A DNA stretch of 32,000 bases from an uncultured archaeon (GCA_964589775.1 CAZPUN010000021.1:146629-178628), one strand, 5' to 3'. Shown: positions 1-10,471, counted from the first letter of the stretch. Made by a program: numbers and translations. Notes: generated by a model from the sequence alone, not told the origin.

Positions 1-3
1 GGC

Positions 4-3000
4 TTGAGAATTATTGTCCGCGTTATATACACTTCTGTAGATTCTCCTGATTATCCTCAAGTTGTAACTCCATACGGTGTAAATGTTCAAATAAGTTTGA
101 CATACCATGATGAAGACCATAGCACAGTCATTTCAGGTGGTTCTGTGGTTTCTAATGCTTCATTAGATAGTCAAACTGATAATGGTGATGGTACTTATAC
201 TGTCGTTATTGATGTAAGTAGTTATGGAATTGGCACTCATGTATTCTACTTCAATGTGTCGAAATCCAATTATGATACTGCTACGATTGTAATCCGTATT
301 GTGATACGTCGCTATTTAACAACCCTTACTTATGACCAGATCAATGCAGTACCGTCTGGTGATGATCTTGTCATTACTCTTCATTACACAGTGTCTGACT
401 CTGAAAGTGGACATGATGGTGAATATATCATAGGAGCTACAATTATTACAAACTATTCACAATCTGATTATACCTTCTCATGGGATTCTACGAATCATGT
501 ATACATTCTTACAATCTATGGGTCTGCGATTTCATCCGTGGGTGTTCACTGGATAATTATTAATGCGACCACTGCTGGCTCTGCAAGTGATATTTATGCA
601 AATGCTACTACTAATGCAATTTCATTTACAGTTCGTGCAATCTCTACTACAACAACTTCGCCTGACTATCCTAGAGTTGTAGTTCCCTATGGCAATAATG
701 TTAATGTATCAGTAACTTACAAAGATCTAGACCATAATACAGTTATCTCCTCCGCATCTGTAAGTGCAAATGTTTCTATACAATGGACCGATAATGGTGA
801 CGGAACATATTCGATTAGAATTTTGTCGAACAGTTATAATCTTGGAACATATCATGTTAATATAACACTTACAAAAGCAAACCACGATTCATCATCTATT
901 GTGATCGATGTGCAGGTCCGAAGATATTACACGTCTCTAACTTATGATGCTATTTCCGAAACGCCGTATGATGAGAATGTTACCATTATTATTCATTATG
1001 TTGTTGATGATGCTGAAAGTGGACATGATGGTGAAGGTATTACGGGACTTGCATCGAATGTCTGGTGTAATTATACGTTCACAGCTTATGAATTGGGGAA
1101 CGGAGACTACAAGATCGTTATTTCAAAATCCGATCTAACCAGTCTTGGGCGTTATTATGTTACAATTGAAATAAACTCAACTGGTACTAGTCCGGACATC
1201 TATACGGCTCAAACATTAACTAGTGTGCCGTTTACAATTCGTAGAATTTACACATCTCTTACATACGAAGGTGTCGGCACAATACCGACTGGTGAAGATG
1301 TAGTTATTACAATTCATTATACCGTATTAGATTCAGCTAGTAGTCACAATGGTGAAGGCCTTACAGGTCTATCATCACACATATGGTGTAATTATAGTTC
1401 ATATACCGTAACTGAAGTTGGAAGTGGTACATATAGAATAACAATTTCAGCATCAGAAGTTTCAACAATTGGTACTTATGGTGTATTAATTGAAGCAAAT
1501 ACCACTGGAACTACAAATGATGTCTACCAAGCACAGCAATTAGATAGTGTAAGTTTCGAGATTAGAAGATTACATACGGTTCTTACATATGATCCCATTC
1601 AGAATACTCCATGGGGCGAAAATGTCACAATTCGTGTTAGATATAAAGTTGTAGATTCTTCTTCCTCACATGATGGCGAATATATTAACATTCCAACTTC
1701 CGGTATCACTACAAATGCTTCTGTTTATACGGTTATTCAAGTGAGTACTGGCATATTTGATATTGAAATAAACGCATCTGTATTTGATAGTATTGGCACT
1801 TATCATATATTTGTGCAAGCGACAAGTTCAGGTAGTGGAAATGATATTTATGACACTGCAACAATTGAATATGCTCTTGTAAATATTCGCCGTATTGAAA
1901 CAAGATTGATATATAGTAGTATTCCATCGATTCCATGGGATCAAGACGTATCGATTACAGTCCTATTCAAAGTTGATGATTCTGCAAGCGCTCATGATGG
2001 CGAAGGACTTGCCGGCTATGCAAGCTATTTTGCTTCTAACTTCACAATAAAATCCGTAACCGATAAAGTAAATGGTTATTACGAAGTTGTACTATCAAAG
2101 AGTGGATTTGCCAGTATTGGTTCGTACGTTGTTCTGATTCAAGTTGATGCAGAAAGTGCAAGTCCGAGTGTCTATGCAAATTCTGAAATCACTGTAAGTG
2201 TCTCAATCCGTGAGCGATATAGTCGTCTTGATTATGATCCTCCTGCAAGTACACCATACCTCGACAATGTTACATTTACAGTCTACTTTATTGATGATGA
2301 TAACGGAACTTATGTTGATGCTACTACGTGGAAATTAAATGATTCACTCGTTGAAGGTGTGGATTACTGGATAATTCGGCAGTCTCGTGGTGTATTTGTC
2401 GTCAAAATAAATACAACAAATCTTTCTTATGGTAGTTGTTATGTTGAATTAAACTTCACTCGAGCAAATTATGCGTGGGCATCACGTAATGTGTCTTTCA
2501 CAATTCGTCTAATTTATACAGATGCGATACCCTCCGTGTCCAGTCTATCAATTCCAATGGGCGAATCGATGTCATTCACAGTTGATTTCACGGATCGAGA
2601 CCATGACACGCCAATTTCCGGAGCTACCGTTATTGCTAATTGGACATATTTCCATTCTTCCGGTGAGGCAAACTATACCTACTCATATAATTCTGTTACC
2701 GGTAAATACACTATTACAATCTACACTGAAAGTGACGATCCACTCGGTACGTGGGAAGTTGTCTTTAACTTTACAAAGAGTAATTATGTAAATGGAACCT
2801 TCTCAATTAAAGTAACTATACGCACGCATTCCACATCATTTTCATTAGATACCGCTGCAATACCTACAAGCTATTCTTCAAGCTTCAAAGTTAATGTATC
2901 ATATTACGATGAAGATTTATCCGCAGGAATTGGAAATAGCTCCGGCTATGTAATGATGTATGCAAAGAACGCTTCTGGTAATATTTTATTCACCGTGGGA

Positions 3001-6000
3001 GCGAATTCAGATCTTGGTACCGGTCATTACACATTTGTAATTCCTGCAGATCAATGGCATGTAATTGGAAAGTTCTCAGTTGTATTGTATGTGAATTGGA
3101 CAGGCCCCACGCCTAAATATTATAATTTGACATTGAACATCACACTTACGGTTCGTGGCTCTGCAACATCTCTATCTATTTCAGAAGGTGCTCAACCTGC
3201 TCAATACTACGAAAACATATCCTTTGTGATTTACTATGAGGATAGTGATAATAATACTGGAATAACCAATTCATCAGCATATGGTGCAAATGTACATATC
3301 TATATTCAGTGCTTAACAGAATCAGTAGATGTATCATTAATCGATATAATAGAAATAAACCCGACGACAGACCCCGGTTTATACCGTATTCAATTTAATA
3401 CATCCATTCTGTCCAAGTTTGGCTACTTCGAATTTCGTGTCTGGGCGAATTGGACTCGTGGAGCAATGCCATTATATGAAAACCAGACTTTAGTTATTGG
3501 AATCCGTGTCACATCGCGGCAGACATCAGTATCTTACGTGCCGCCATATACAACTGCGTATGCCGAAATTGCTGCTTTCAATTTCTCATATCATGATGTC
3601 TTGAAGGACAATGCGTATATCGGTAATAGTTCTAGTATGCATATTCAGTTGAACGGAATAGATCCACAGTACTACAATATTACGTATTTCAGCTCTGACA
3701 AAGTCTTCAGAATTACAATTAATACAACTGTGTTCGGTGTGGGCGACTTTACAATGTATCTAAATATAACTTGGACTGGTGTTCCATATTATTACAACCA
3801 GACCTCGGTATCCGTACCTATTACTGTTCGATATCGTAATTCCTATCTTGACTCGCAAGCTACAGAACCGGTTCGATATTCTGATAATATTACGCTAGTA
3901 TTTACTTATACTGACCTCGATGATATGGTTGATATAAGTGGAAGCAATCTATCAATTTCATGTACCGGTCAGAACCTTGAAGGATATTATACAATTTACG
4001 ATAATGGTGATGGTACGTATAATGTCGTATTGGATACTGACGCATTTACTGAGCCCGGTACATATACAATTCATGCAGTCATGATTTATAATGGAAATAG
4101 ATATTTGTCTAATGCAACACGGGATGTACAAATTCGGGTGCTGTACCGATTCTCAGTTGCAACTGCAGATCCAAGTGGTCAACTTCCATATGGTTTAACA
4201 TTTACGATTTATCTGCATTTCTATGATGGTGATACAACTAATGCCATTACAAATAGTTCAGGACATGTTGGATTCTATATTACATCACCCGCAAATCTCA
4301 ATTATAGTATAGCTTGGTGGTATAGCGACATTTACAATTTAACAATCTATGACTCCGATTTGCCTCTTGGTAGTACTACTATGAATATCACATTCACATA
4401 TGATCATATTAGTCCGTTTTATAGTAGTGCAAATGCGGTCTTTACAATAACAATTCGTGCTAGAACATCCGACTTTGGCGTTTCCGACAGTCCATTACCA
4501 ACATCCTATCTTGAACTGCTTAACTTCTCAGTAACATATATAGATCTTGATACCTCAGAAGGAATTTCCGGAGCTACAATATCTCTTATCGGTATTGGGA
4601 CTTCCGAAACTTTGACTGAAAATGTAAACTATTGGATACATTATGCAGGTAATGGCGTTTATGAAATTTCAATCAATACTACTGCACTTGGTGCTCCCGG
4701 AGACTATAACGTAAATGTGACTGCAAGTTGGAGTGGAGCTCCTTATTACGCATCACGGCACGTGATTGTAGTCACAACGGTATCTCAAAGGGATAGCTCA
4801 CTTCTATTTGGAATAAGTCCTGTAGATACTCAATATCTTGATAATGTAACCTTTACAGTTCGATTCCTTGATGGTATTACTCATGAGCCCATCGATATTG
4901 CAACATCAAACTTTGAAATCCGAGTAGGACCAAGCCAGCGATTGCTAGCATCAAACGAATTTACTATTGTAAAATCTGATGGTTATTACACAATCCAAAT
5001 AAATACAACAGTTTTAAGCTCAAACCTTGTGTCCGACTATATGATAAATGTTACTGCAGTATGGCCTTCTGGAGATGCACCATATTACTTCTCTGATTGG
5101 ATCGCTACAACAATTTCAACAAAGGGCCGTAATTCCGAATTGAAATTTGAAAATGTTGCAGGAACGCCTATCGGAGATAATATTACAATTGTATTCCGTG
5201 TGACAGATGCCGAGCGTGGAACTGGTATCTCTAATGCAAACATAACTTTAATTTGTCTCAATAGAACTGTACAATATTGGCTTAGCGTTAATAATGGTAC
5301 GTATACAATTCTCGTAAATACTAGCGACTTTAATGAACTTGGAATATATCATTTCAAGATTAATATCACGTGGGATGAAGGTGTTCCTCCATTCTATTCA
5401 AGTTATTATAATAATCCAGTTCAGGGAACTGTGAAAGGAATTTCAACTAGGCTCTCAGCGGATGCTGCCAATCCCGGAAATGTACCATATTCAGATAATA
5501 CTACTATCACAGTACACTTCCTGGATATCGATCATAATCTCAGAGGTGTAACTGGTGCTACAATTTCAATCAATTATACGGGCCCATGGACGTTCTATTC
5601 ACTTGGTGGTGGAGATTACCTGATTCGTATTAATACTACTCAGATCACAACAAATGGTCTGACCAAGATTGTAATTACTGCAAGTCGGCAATTCTATGAA
5701 AATCAATCTGTTATGGTTGCATTCAATGTACGTGATATTTACACATTACTATCATGGGAAATCAAATCCGACCTTATTGCTGGTGATAATGTAACTGTAA
5801 TTCTAACGTACAAAGATCTCGACCATACTGGAGTGTATCTTGGCACCGCAGATTTAACATGCGATTGGACAAACACAACCGGAAAACCATACACGATTAT
5901 CAATTATGGAAATGGCACGTATAAGCTCACATTAGTGACTGCTAGTCTCGGAGTACAAGTCATTACGGTACACGTTATTGCAAAGCTCGCACACTATGCG

Positions 6001-8643
6001 GATGGAACTGCTGGATTTGATATTGCATTAAAGAACGTTCCAACTTCGCTTACACCTTACAAAGACGTACTTCGTGTAATTTGGGGAGAACAAGTACAAA
6101 TTGGTGTAATCTTCAATGATACTTATCATAATGTATTTGTTTCAAGCGCAAATGTGACATTTACGTGGAATGGAACACTAAGGCAAATGAGTGAAATATC
6201 CGCCGGTAATTATTCATACATTGTAGATACAACCGAATCACCATTTGGTACATATGTACTTTCAGTATCTGCACAATTAACAAATTATGAGACTAGTGTT
6301 GTAATAATCACATTAATCGTAGATCGTGTGCCTACAGAATTAATTGAAGTTGAAAATCATTATTCGATAACAGTTACAACTGTAGGTAGTTTTGACTTAA
6401 TATTCCTTTACAATGATACTCATAACGGCATTCCAATTGGAAGTGCGACTTTATCATATTCTTGGGAAAATGCACAAGGTACAATTCCATCTAATGGCAC
6501 TAATGGATTCTACGCTATTAGCTTGACTGCATTGGGTGTTCCTGTAGGTACTTATACATTGATAGTTACAGCAACTCGTGATAATTACGAATCTGCTAAC
6601 GCGTATATTGCAGTTACTGTAATTGTCACACCTACACAGATTATATTAGAAAACAACCCCCAAACTGTTAATTATCGTGATGTTGCTAACTTTACTGTAC
6701 AATTCCTCACGATGGATGGTATACCGATCACAGGTGCTCAAGTAAGCTATACTACTGTTGGTATCTCTGGAAACTTGACAGAAATAGGTAATGGTTGGTA
6801 CCAGTTATACTTTAATACGTCTGCGATTTCCGTCGGATCTTTCAGTGTAACCATAGTTGCAAAGGCTGAAGGATTCAAGACTTCATTTGATAATTATGTG
6901 CTTCAAATTACACCAATATCGACTACATTAAGTGGATTTGAAAGTTCTGTATCTCAGATCTATGGTGATGTTGTAATTGTAGACTTTAACTTCTCAGAAT
7001 CTTCTACAGGACGCGCAATTGTCGGTGCTATCGCAACGTATGAAGGTGCAGCAGGAAGCGGAAACTTAATCGAAATAGATAATGGTATCTATCGAATGAT
7101 ACTTAATACTACGGCAGTTACACCCGGTCAATACAAAGTTTCACTACAATTCCGCAAACTGAACTTCCAGACACAAAGAGTTACGATTGACCTGATTGTA
7201 AATCCAGTGCCCACTGAAGCTCGCGGTCCCACTGTCTTCGTCACACCAATTGGTGATTCTATGCAAATTCATATACAATTCTGGGATACGCACAATGATG
7301 TTGTAATTCGTGGAGCTACTATTGCAGGTTCTTGGAAGTATGGTCCAGTTAGCTTTGATGAGGATCCCAATGCTCCAGGAAATTACACATTTACCGTTGA
7401 AGGTAATATACCAATTGGAAGTTATGAGATGCGTCTATCTCTCTACAAAGAAAACTACTCATTAGTTGAAACCACTCTAACTATTGTTGTACGACCTATT
7501 CATACGCAAATTACTTCAGAAATGCCCGTACTAAACTTAATCTCATTACAATCAACATCCATTACAATTCGATATATGGATATAGACCATAATATTCCAA
7601 TTATAGGTGCTAACATCAGTGATTTCCAAGCTGTTGAATTTGTCAGTAATGAAATTGTCACAGATCAATTTACAGACTTGCACATTACCGAATTAGGAAA
7701 CGGATACTATAACATATCGTTCAAAGTTCCAGAAGTAACCCAAGATGTCATGACATATTCATTGAACATAACCTTCTATAAAGAGAACTATGATGCTGCT
7801 TCCATCGTATTCACAATAAACGTAAAAAGTCCTACATCAGACACTATGCGAACCATTATCATGACTGGTGGAATTATTGTTGCGGCATTTATTGTTCTAT
7901 TCGGAATAGTGTATGTTAAAGTTCTCAATGTTCCTAAGAAGATACGTGTCATTAACACATTGGTAAAATCACTATCTAAGAACAAGATTCCTAAAGCCCC
8001 ATCTGGAGTTCCACAACGAAATGAAATAATCTCAGGACTATGGAATGACCTGCTTGAACCATTTGAAATCCAAAAGGATGCATCTCAAATTCCGATGGAA
8101 AGCGTTCCAGTCGATGTTCCAGAACTTGGAGAACTATTGATCAAATTAGTTGAGCTCACAGGAATTACTCCAGAAGAACTTGAAGACTTCCAGGCTGAAA
8201 TTGCAAAGATGCGGCCAAGTGAACGTATCAACTTCGTAAAAGAAGTCATTCGCCAAGAAGCAGTACGAAAAGCAAAAGCGGCTGGTAAAGACTTGGATGA
8301 ATTCTTACAAGAATTAGAAGAACGTACCGCTCGTAAGATTTCTCGCGAACATGGTACTTTACCCTCAACTACAACAAAGCCAAAAGAAGAACCTGAAGAA
8401 ATTATCCCTGTTGAACTAGAAAAAGAACCCGAAGAGGCACCAGAAAAGATCGAATATATCCCTGAGCACGAAACAGAAAAGTTAACCGAATTTGAGCTCC
8501 AAAACTTACGAAAGGAACTAGAAGAGATGGGAATCGAGCCAGGTGAACTTGATATTATTATGACACAAGCCAGAAATCTATCTCGCGATCTTGTTGATGA
8601 ACTTATCAAGACTCTTAAGGAACGCATGAAAAAGGATGAGTAA
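4..8643 (+). CDS. Giant single-pass membrane surface protein with many tandem ~100-aa Ig-like beta-sandwich repeats; probably 5'-truncated by the window edge
   Basis: 2879-aa ORF open from the window edge with no signal peptide visible. Repeated motifs include Y-x-D-x-D-H, DNGDGTY and S-x-HDGE. It is T/S/N/Y-rich with many N-x-S/T sequons. One TM helix (IIMTGGIIVAAFIVLFGIVYV, ~7855-7917) precedes a ~240-aa charged cytoplasmic tail. Confidence 0.9.
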   Translation: MRIIVRVIYTSVDSPDYPQVVTPYGVNVQISLTYHDEDHSTVISGGSVVSNASLDSQTDNGDGTYTVVIDVSSYGIGTHVFYFNVSKSNYDTATIVIRIVIRRYLTTLTYDQINAVPSGDDLVITLHYTVSDSESGHDGEYIIGATIITNYSQSDYTFSWDSTNHVYILTIYGSAISSVGVHWIIINATTAGSASDIYANATTNAISFTVRAISTTTTSPDYPRVVVPYGNNVNVSVTYKDLDHNTVISSASVSANVSIQWTDNGDGTYSIRILSNSYNLGTYHVNITLTKANHDSSSIVIDVQVRRYYTSLTYDAISETPYDENVTIIIHYVVDDAESGHDGEGITGLASNVWCNYTFTAYELGNGDYKIVISKSDLTSLGRYYVTIEINSTGTSPDIYTAQTLTSVPFTIRRIYTSLTYEGVGTIPTGEDVVITIHYTVLDSASSHNGEGLTGLSSHIWCNYSSYTVTEVGSGTYRITISASEVSTIGTYGVLIEANTTGTTNDVYQAQQLDSVSFEIRRLHTVLTYDPIQNTPWGENVTIRVRYKVVDSSSSHDGEYINIPTSGITTNASVYTVIQVSTGIFDIEINASVFDSIGTYHIFVQATSSGSGNDIYDTATIEYALVNIRRIETRLIYSSIPSIPWDQDVSITVLFKVDDSASAHDGEGLAGYASYFASNFTIKSVTDKVNGYYEVVLSKSGFASIGSYVVLIQVDAESASPSVYANSEITVSVSIRERYSRLDYDPPASTPYLDNVTFTVYFIDDDNGTYVDATTWKLNDSLVEGVDYWIIRQSRGVFVVKINTTNLSYGSCYVELNFTRANYAWASRNVSFTIRLIYTDAIPSVSSLSIPMGESMSFTVDFTDRDHDTPISGATVIANWTYFHSSGEANYTYSYNSVTGKYTITIYTESDDPLGTWEVVFNFTKSNYVNGTFSIKVTIRTHSTSFSLDTAAIPTSYSSSFKVNVSYYDEDLSAGIGNSSGYVMMYAKNASGNILFTVGANSDLGTGHYTFVIPADQWHVIGKFSVVLYVNWTGPTPKYYNLTLNITLTVRGSATSLSISEGAQPAQYYENISFVIYYEDSDNNTGITNSSAYGANVHIYIQCLTESVDVSLIDIIEINPTTDPGLYRIQFNTSILSKFGYFEFRVWANWTRGAMPLYENQTLVIGIRVTSRQTSVSYVPPYTTAYAEIAAFNFSYHDVLKDNAYIGNSSSMHIQLNGIDPQYYNITYFSSDKVFRITINTTVFGVGDFTMYLNITWTGVPYYYNQTSVSVPITVRYRNSYLDSQATEPVRYSDNITLVFTYTDLDDMVDISGSNLSISCTGQNLEGYYTIYDNGDGTYNVVLDTDAFTEPGTYTIHAVMIYNGNRYLSNATRDVQIRVLYRFSVATADPSGQLPYGLTFTIYLHFYDGDTTNAITNSSGHVGFYITSPANLNYSIAWWYSDIYNLTIYDSDLPLGSTTMNITFTYDHISPFYSSANAVFTITIRARTSDFGVSDSPLPTSYLELLNFSVTYIDLDTSEGISGATISLIGIGTSETLTENVNYWIHYAGNGVYEISINTTALGAPGDYNVNVTASWSGAPYYASRHVIVVTTVSQRDSSLLFGISPVDTQYLDNVTFTVRFLDGITHEPIDIATSNFEIRVGPSQRLLASNEFTIVKSDGYYTIQINTTVLSSNLVSDYMINVTAVWPSGDAPYYFSDWIATTISTKGRNSELKFENVAGTPIGDNITIVFRVTDAERGTGISNANITLICLNRTVQYWLSVNNGTYTILVNTSDFNELGIYHFKINITWDEGVPPFYSSYYNNPVQGTVKGISTRLSADAANPGNVPYSDNTTITVHFLDIDHNLRGVTGATISINYTGPWTFYSLGGGDYLIRINTTQITTNGLTKIVITASRQFYENQSVMVAFNVRDIYTLLSWEIKSDLIAGDNVTVILTYKDLDHTGVYLGTADLTCDWTNTTGKPYTIINYGNGTYKLTLVTASLGVQVITVHVIAKLAHYADGTAGFDIALKNVPTSLTPYKDVLRVIWGEQVQIGVIFNDTYHNVFVSSANVTFTWNGTLRQMSEISAGNYSYIVDTTESPFGTYVLSVSAQLTNYETSVVIITLIVDRVPTELIEVENHYSITVTTVGSFDLIFLYNDTHNGIPIGSATLSYSWENAQGTIPSNGTNGFYAISLTALGVPVGTYTLIVTATRDNYESANAYIAVTVIVTPTQIILENNPQTVNYRDVANFTVQFLTMDGIPITGAQVSYTTVGISGNLTEIGNGWYQLYFNTSAISVGSFSVTIVAKAEGFKTSFDNYVLQITPISTTLSGFESSVSQIYGDVVIVDFNFSESSTGRAIVGAIATYEGAAGSGNLIEIDNGIYRMILNTTAVTPGQYKVSLQFRKLNFQTQRVTIDLIVNPVPTEARGPTVFVTPIGDSMQIHIQFWDTHNDVVIRGATIAGSWKYGPVSFDEDPNAPGNYTFTVEGNIPIGSYEMRLSLYKENYSLVETTLTIVVRPIHTQITSEMPVLNLISLQSTSITIRYMDIDHNIPIIGANISDFQAVEFVSNEIVTDQFTDLHITELGNGYYNISFKVPEVTQDVMTYSLNITFYKENYDAASIVFTINVKSPTSDTMRTIIMTGGIIVAAFIVLFGIVYVKVLNVPKKIRVINTLVKSLSKNKIPKAPSGVPQRNEIISGLWNDLLEPFEIQKDASQIPMESVPVDVPELGELLIKLVELTGITPEELEDFQAEIAKMRPSERINFVKEVIRQEAVRKAKAAGKDLDEFLQELEERTARKISREHGTLPSTTTKPKEEPEEIIPVELEKEPEEAPEKIEYIPEHETEKLTEFELQNLRKELEEMGIEPGELDIIMTQARNLSRDLVDELIKTLKERMKKDE

Positions 8644-8654
8644 TACCTCTCATC

Positions 8655-8795
8655 TTTAATTTTTATTTTGTACCTTATTTTTGTGAGCATTCAACTTGAA
8701 ATTAATGCAAAATGTGAGTTCTCTTTAATTGAGCATATAAATAAAATAAAAATAAGTAAATTAGGGCATAGACCATTACGGTCTCTTTCCCTTAA
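8655..8795. terminator. Convergent termination region
   Basis: T-tracts follow the stop at 8643, A-tracts (T on the minus strand) lie at ~8738-8752, and there is a small hairpin AGACC-attac-GGTCT near 8770-8784. Confidence 0.4.
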
Positions 8796-8796
8796 C

Positions 8797-9756
8797 TTAT
8801 GCTACTTTAGTACCACAGCTTGGACAGAACTTGGTTCCGGGCGGTAACTTTGTACCGCAATTTGGACAGAATTGAGGTGTTCCGCCTCCGCCACCACCGC
8901 TTGCAGGACCTAATCGAGCACCACAGCTCGGACAGAATTTAGCACCTGCATCTACATGCGCACCACAGCTCGGACAGATTACTTTTGCGCCGCCACTTGC
9001 TAATGTCTGACCAATAATAGCGGCTGCACCAAAACCTGCACCTGGGCTTCTGCCAAGTGAGTCTGCTGCACTTTCAGTAGCTTCCATGGTTCTTAATCGA
9101 TCTCCAGCGACTCCTCCAGTTCTGAGCCAGAATAATCGCTCACGATACTTCTCAGTTGTATCAATACCCTCAAACTTGAGATCAATTAGTTCAAGTCCAA
9201 TTCTCTCGAATGCGCGGCGTACTGCAACCTTGACTTTCAATGATGTTTCATCAAGTTGTGTGAATACTGCTTGAAGATCATAATGTGCAAATTCATCAAT
9301 TACTTTCTCATTAATGAATGATCGCAGAAAGTCATTTACGGCATCACTGGTATATGCTCGCTGATTTCCGACAACTTCATTTGTGAATACTTTCTCTTCT
9401 TCTACCCTGTACCAGAAATTACCATGAAACATCAAAGGTGCGAGGTCAGATGTCTGTCCCCTACCACCAAACTTTCCTTGGAATTGTGACTTGGAAATGA
9501 AGATAACTTCTGATGTAAACGGATTCTTATCGTATCCCTTGATCTTACGTAGAATACCAGTCAGTATCGGTAGGTTCTTAGTGGTAAGTGTGTACTTACC
9601 CGGCCCAAATGTATCAAGGGCCTTACCATCGCGGTAGAATATTGCTACTTGATTCTCTTGCACAATTAGCTGGGCGCCCCACTTGAGTTCAGTATCTGGG
9701 AATCGCCAGACAATTTCATCAGGGCCTGCGCCACGCCACTCTATAACTTGAGGCAT
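8797..9756 (-). CDS. SPFH/band-7 domain protein (YdjI-like) with C-terminal double zinc ribbons
   Basis: N-terminal IVWRFP..AQLIVQENQVAIFYRDGKALDTFGPGKYTLTTKNLP is typical of YdjI/SPFH_2. The C-terminus has four CPxCG motifs separated by a Gly linker. Start moved to ATG (MPQVIEW) at 9756. Confidence 0.88.
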   Translation of the reverse strand: MPQVIEWRGAGPDEIVWRFPDTELKWGAQLIVQENQVAIFYRDGKALDTFGPGKYTLTTKNLPILTGILRKIKGYDKNPFTSEVIFISKSQFQGKFGGRGQTSDLAPLMFHGNFWYRVEEEKVFTNEVVGNQRAYTSDAVNDFLRSFINEKVIDEFAHYDLQAVFTQLDETSLKVKVAVRRAFERIGLELIDLKFEGIDTTEKYRERLFWLRTGGVAGDRLRTMEATESAADSLGRSPGAGFGAAAIIGQTLASGGAKVICPSCGAHVDAGAKFCPSCGARLGPASGGGGGGTPQFCPNCGTKLPPGTKFCPSCGTKVA

Positions 9757-10039
9757 CTTTAATCCCTTTCCATTTCTTTTGCACAAAATTTAGTGCCTAT
9801 TTACTCTTTCGTTAAAAATGCTTTTAACCCTATCGGAGAAATTCATTCCGAAAGTCCCAATCTATATTACGAATTATACTATTTTATATTTTTCGTATTC
9901 CTAGTACGTTTTTGTATTGTTATTTCGCTTTCTTGATACAAATTATCAAAATAATTGCCTGTTTTTACTAGACCAATCAGCTCGGTATCTGTAACATTTT
10001 ATTGTAGCCCATACAATAGATCATAGAAAATTAGATGGT

Positions 10040-10132
10040 TGGTCCCGCCCGCCGGATTTGAACCAGCAACACGCGGATTTCTGTCTTCAACGGACTACAG
10101 TCCGCTGCTCTACCAGATTGAGCTAGGGCGGG
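10040..10132 (-). tRNA. tRNA-Tyr(GTA) with a 16-nt intron at 37/38 (10079-10094) and encoded CCA
   Basis: Reverse complement reads CCCGCCC TAGCTCAATCTGGTAGAGC A GCGGA CT GTA G [TCCGTTGAAGACAGAA] A TCCGC ... GGTTCAAATCC GGC GGGCGGG A CCA. C1:G72 is the archaeal Tyr identity element. CTGT/ACAG forms the central BHB helix. Confidence 0.97.
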
Positions 10133-10372
10133 TAATATTTCGAAACTATTTTCGTATAATTCATTTTTCACATTTAAACATATCGTTTGATGTTAATTCT
10201 GCCCGTGGTATGCCTAATATTTTTTATAAATTTTGTTTGTGTAAATAGATAATCATTATATCAATCATAATACCAAATTTGCTAAAAGGGCGCTGATTTC
10301 AGTAAAAAATAGTATTAAGAATGGTTATTAAAAAGTAATATTTATATGTGTATTTACTACATGTTTTAAACA

Positions 10373-10459
10373 GGTGAAGGGTTGGGTCTGTTTTTCGTAT
10401 GTAATTGCCCTCAACAACAACGAAACTCCCCCCTCCTAACCGATCTCCCAACCCTCACC
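10373..10459. ncRNA. Candidate structured RNA (long interrupted hairpin)
   Basis: GGTGAAGGGTTGGG (10373-10386) pairs with CCCAACCCTCACC (10447-10459), with an inner TTTCGT/ACGAAA helix. It is a GC-rich island in AT-rich intergenic DNA, and TTTATA lies at 10341-10346. Confidence 0.4.
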
Positions 10460-10471
10460 AAATTATTACTT

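Noticed and set aside
8085-8690. 201-aa Ser-rich minus-strand ORF, and similar shadows (14179-14700, 21109-21486, 24603-25143, 26434-26844, 31695-31961)
   Set aside because: They are antisense or out-of-frame shadows of well-supported genes, with mirror-codon composition.
10039-10248. 69-aa ORF MVPPAGFEPAT...
   Set aside because: It is the antisense translation of tRNA-Tyr.
10373-10459. SECIS, H/ACA or C/D RNA identity for the hairpin
   Set aside because: No clear K-turn/GA quartet, box motifs or terminal ACA, and no UGA-readthrough selenoprotein candidate is adjacent.
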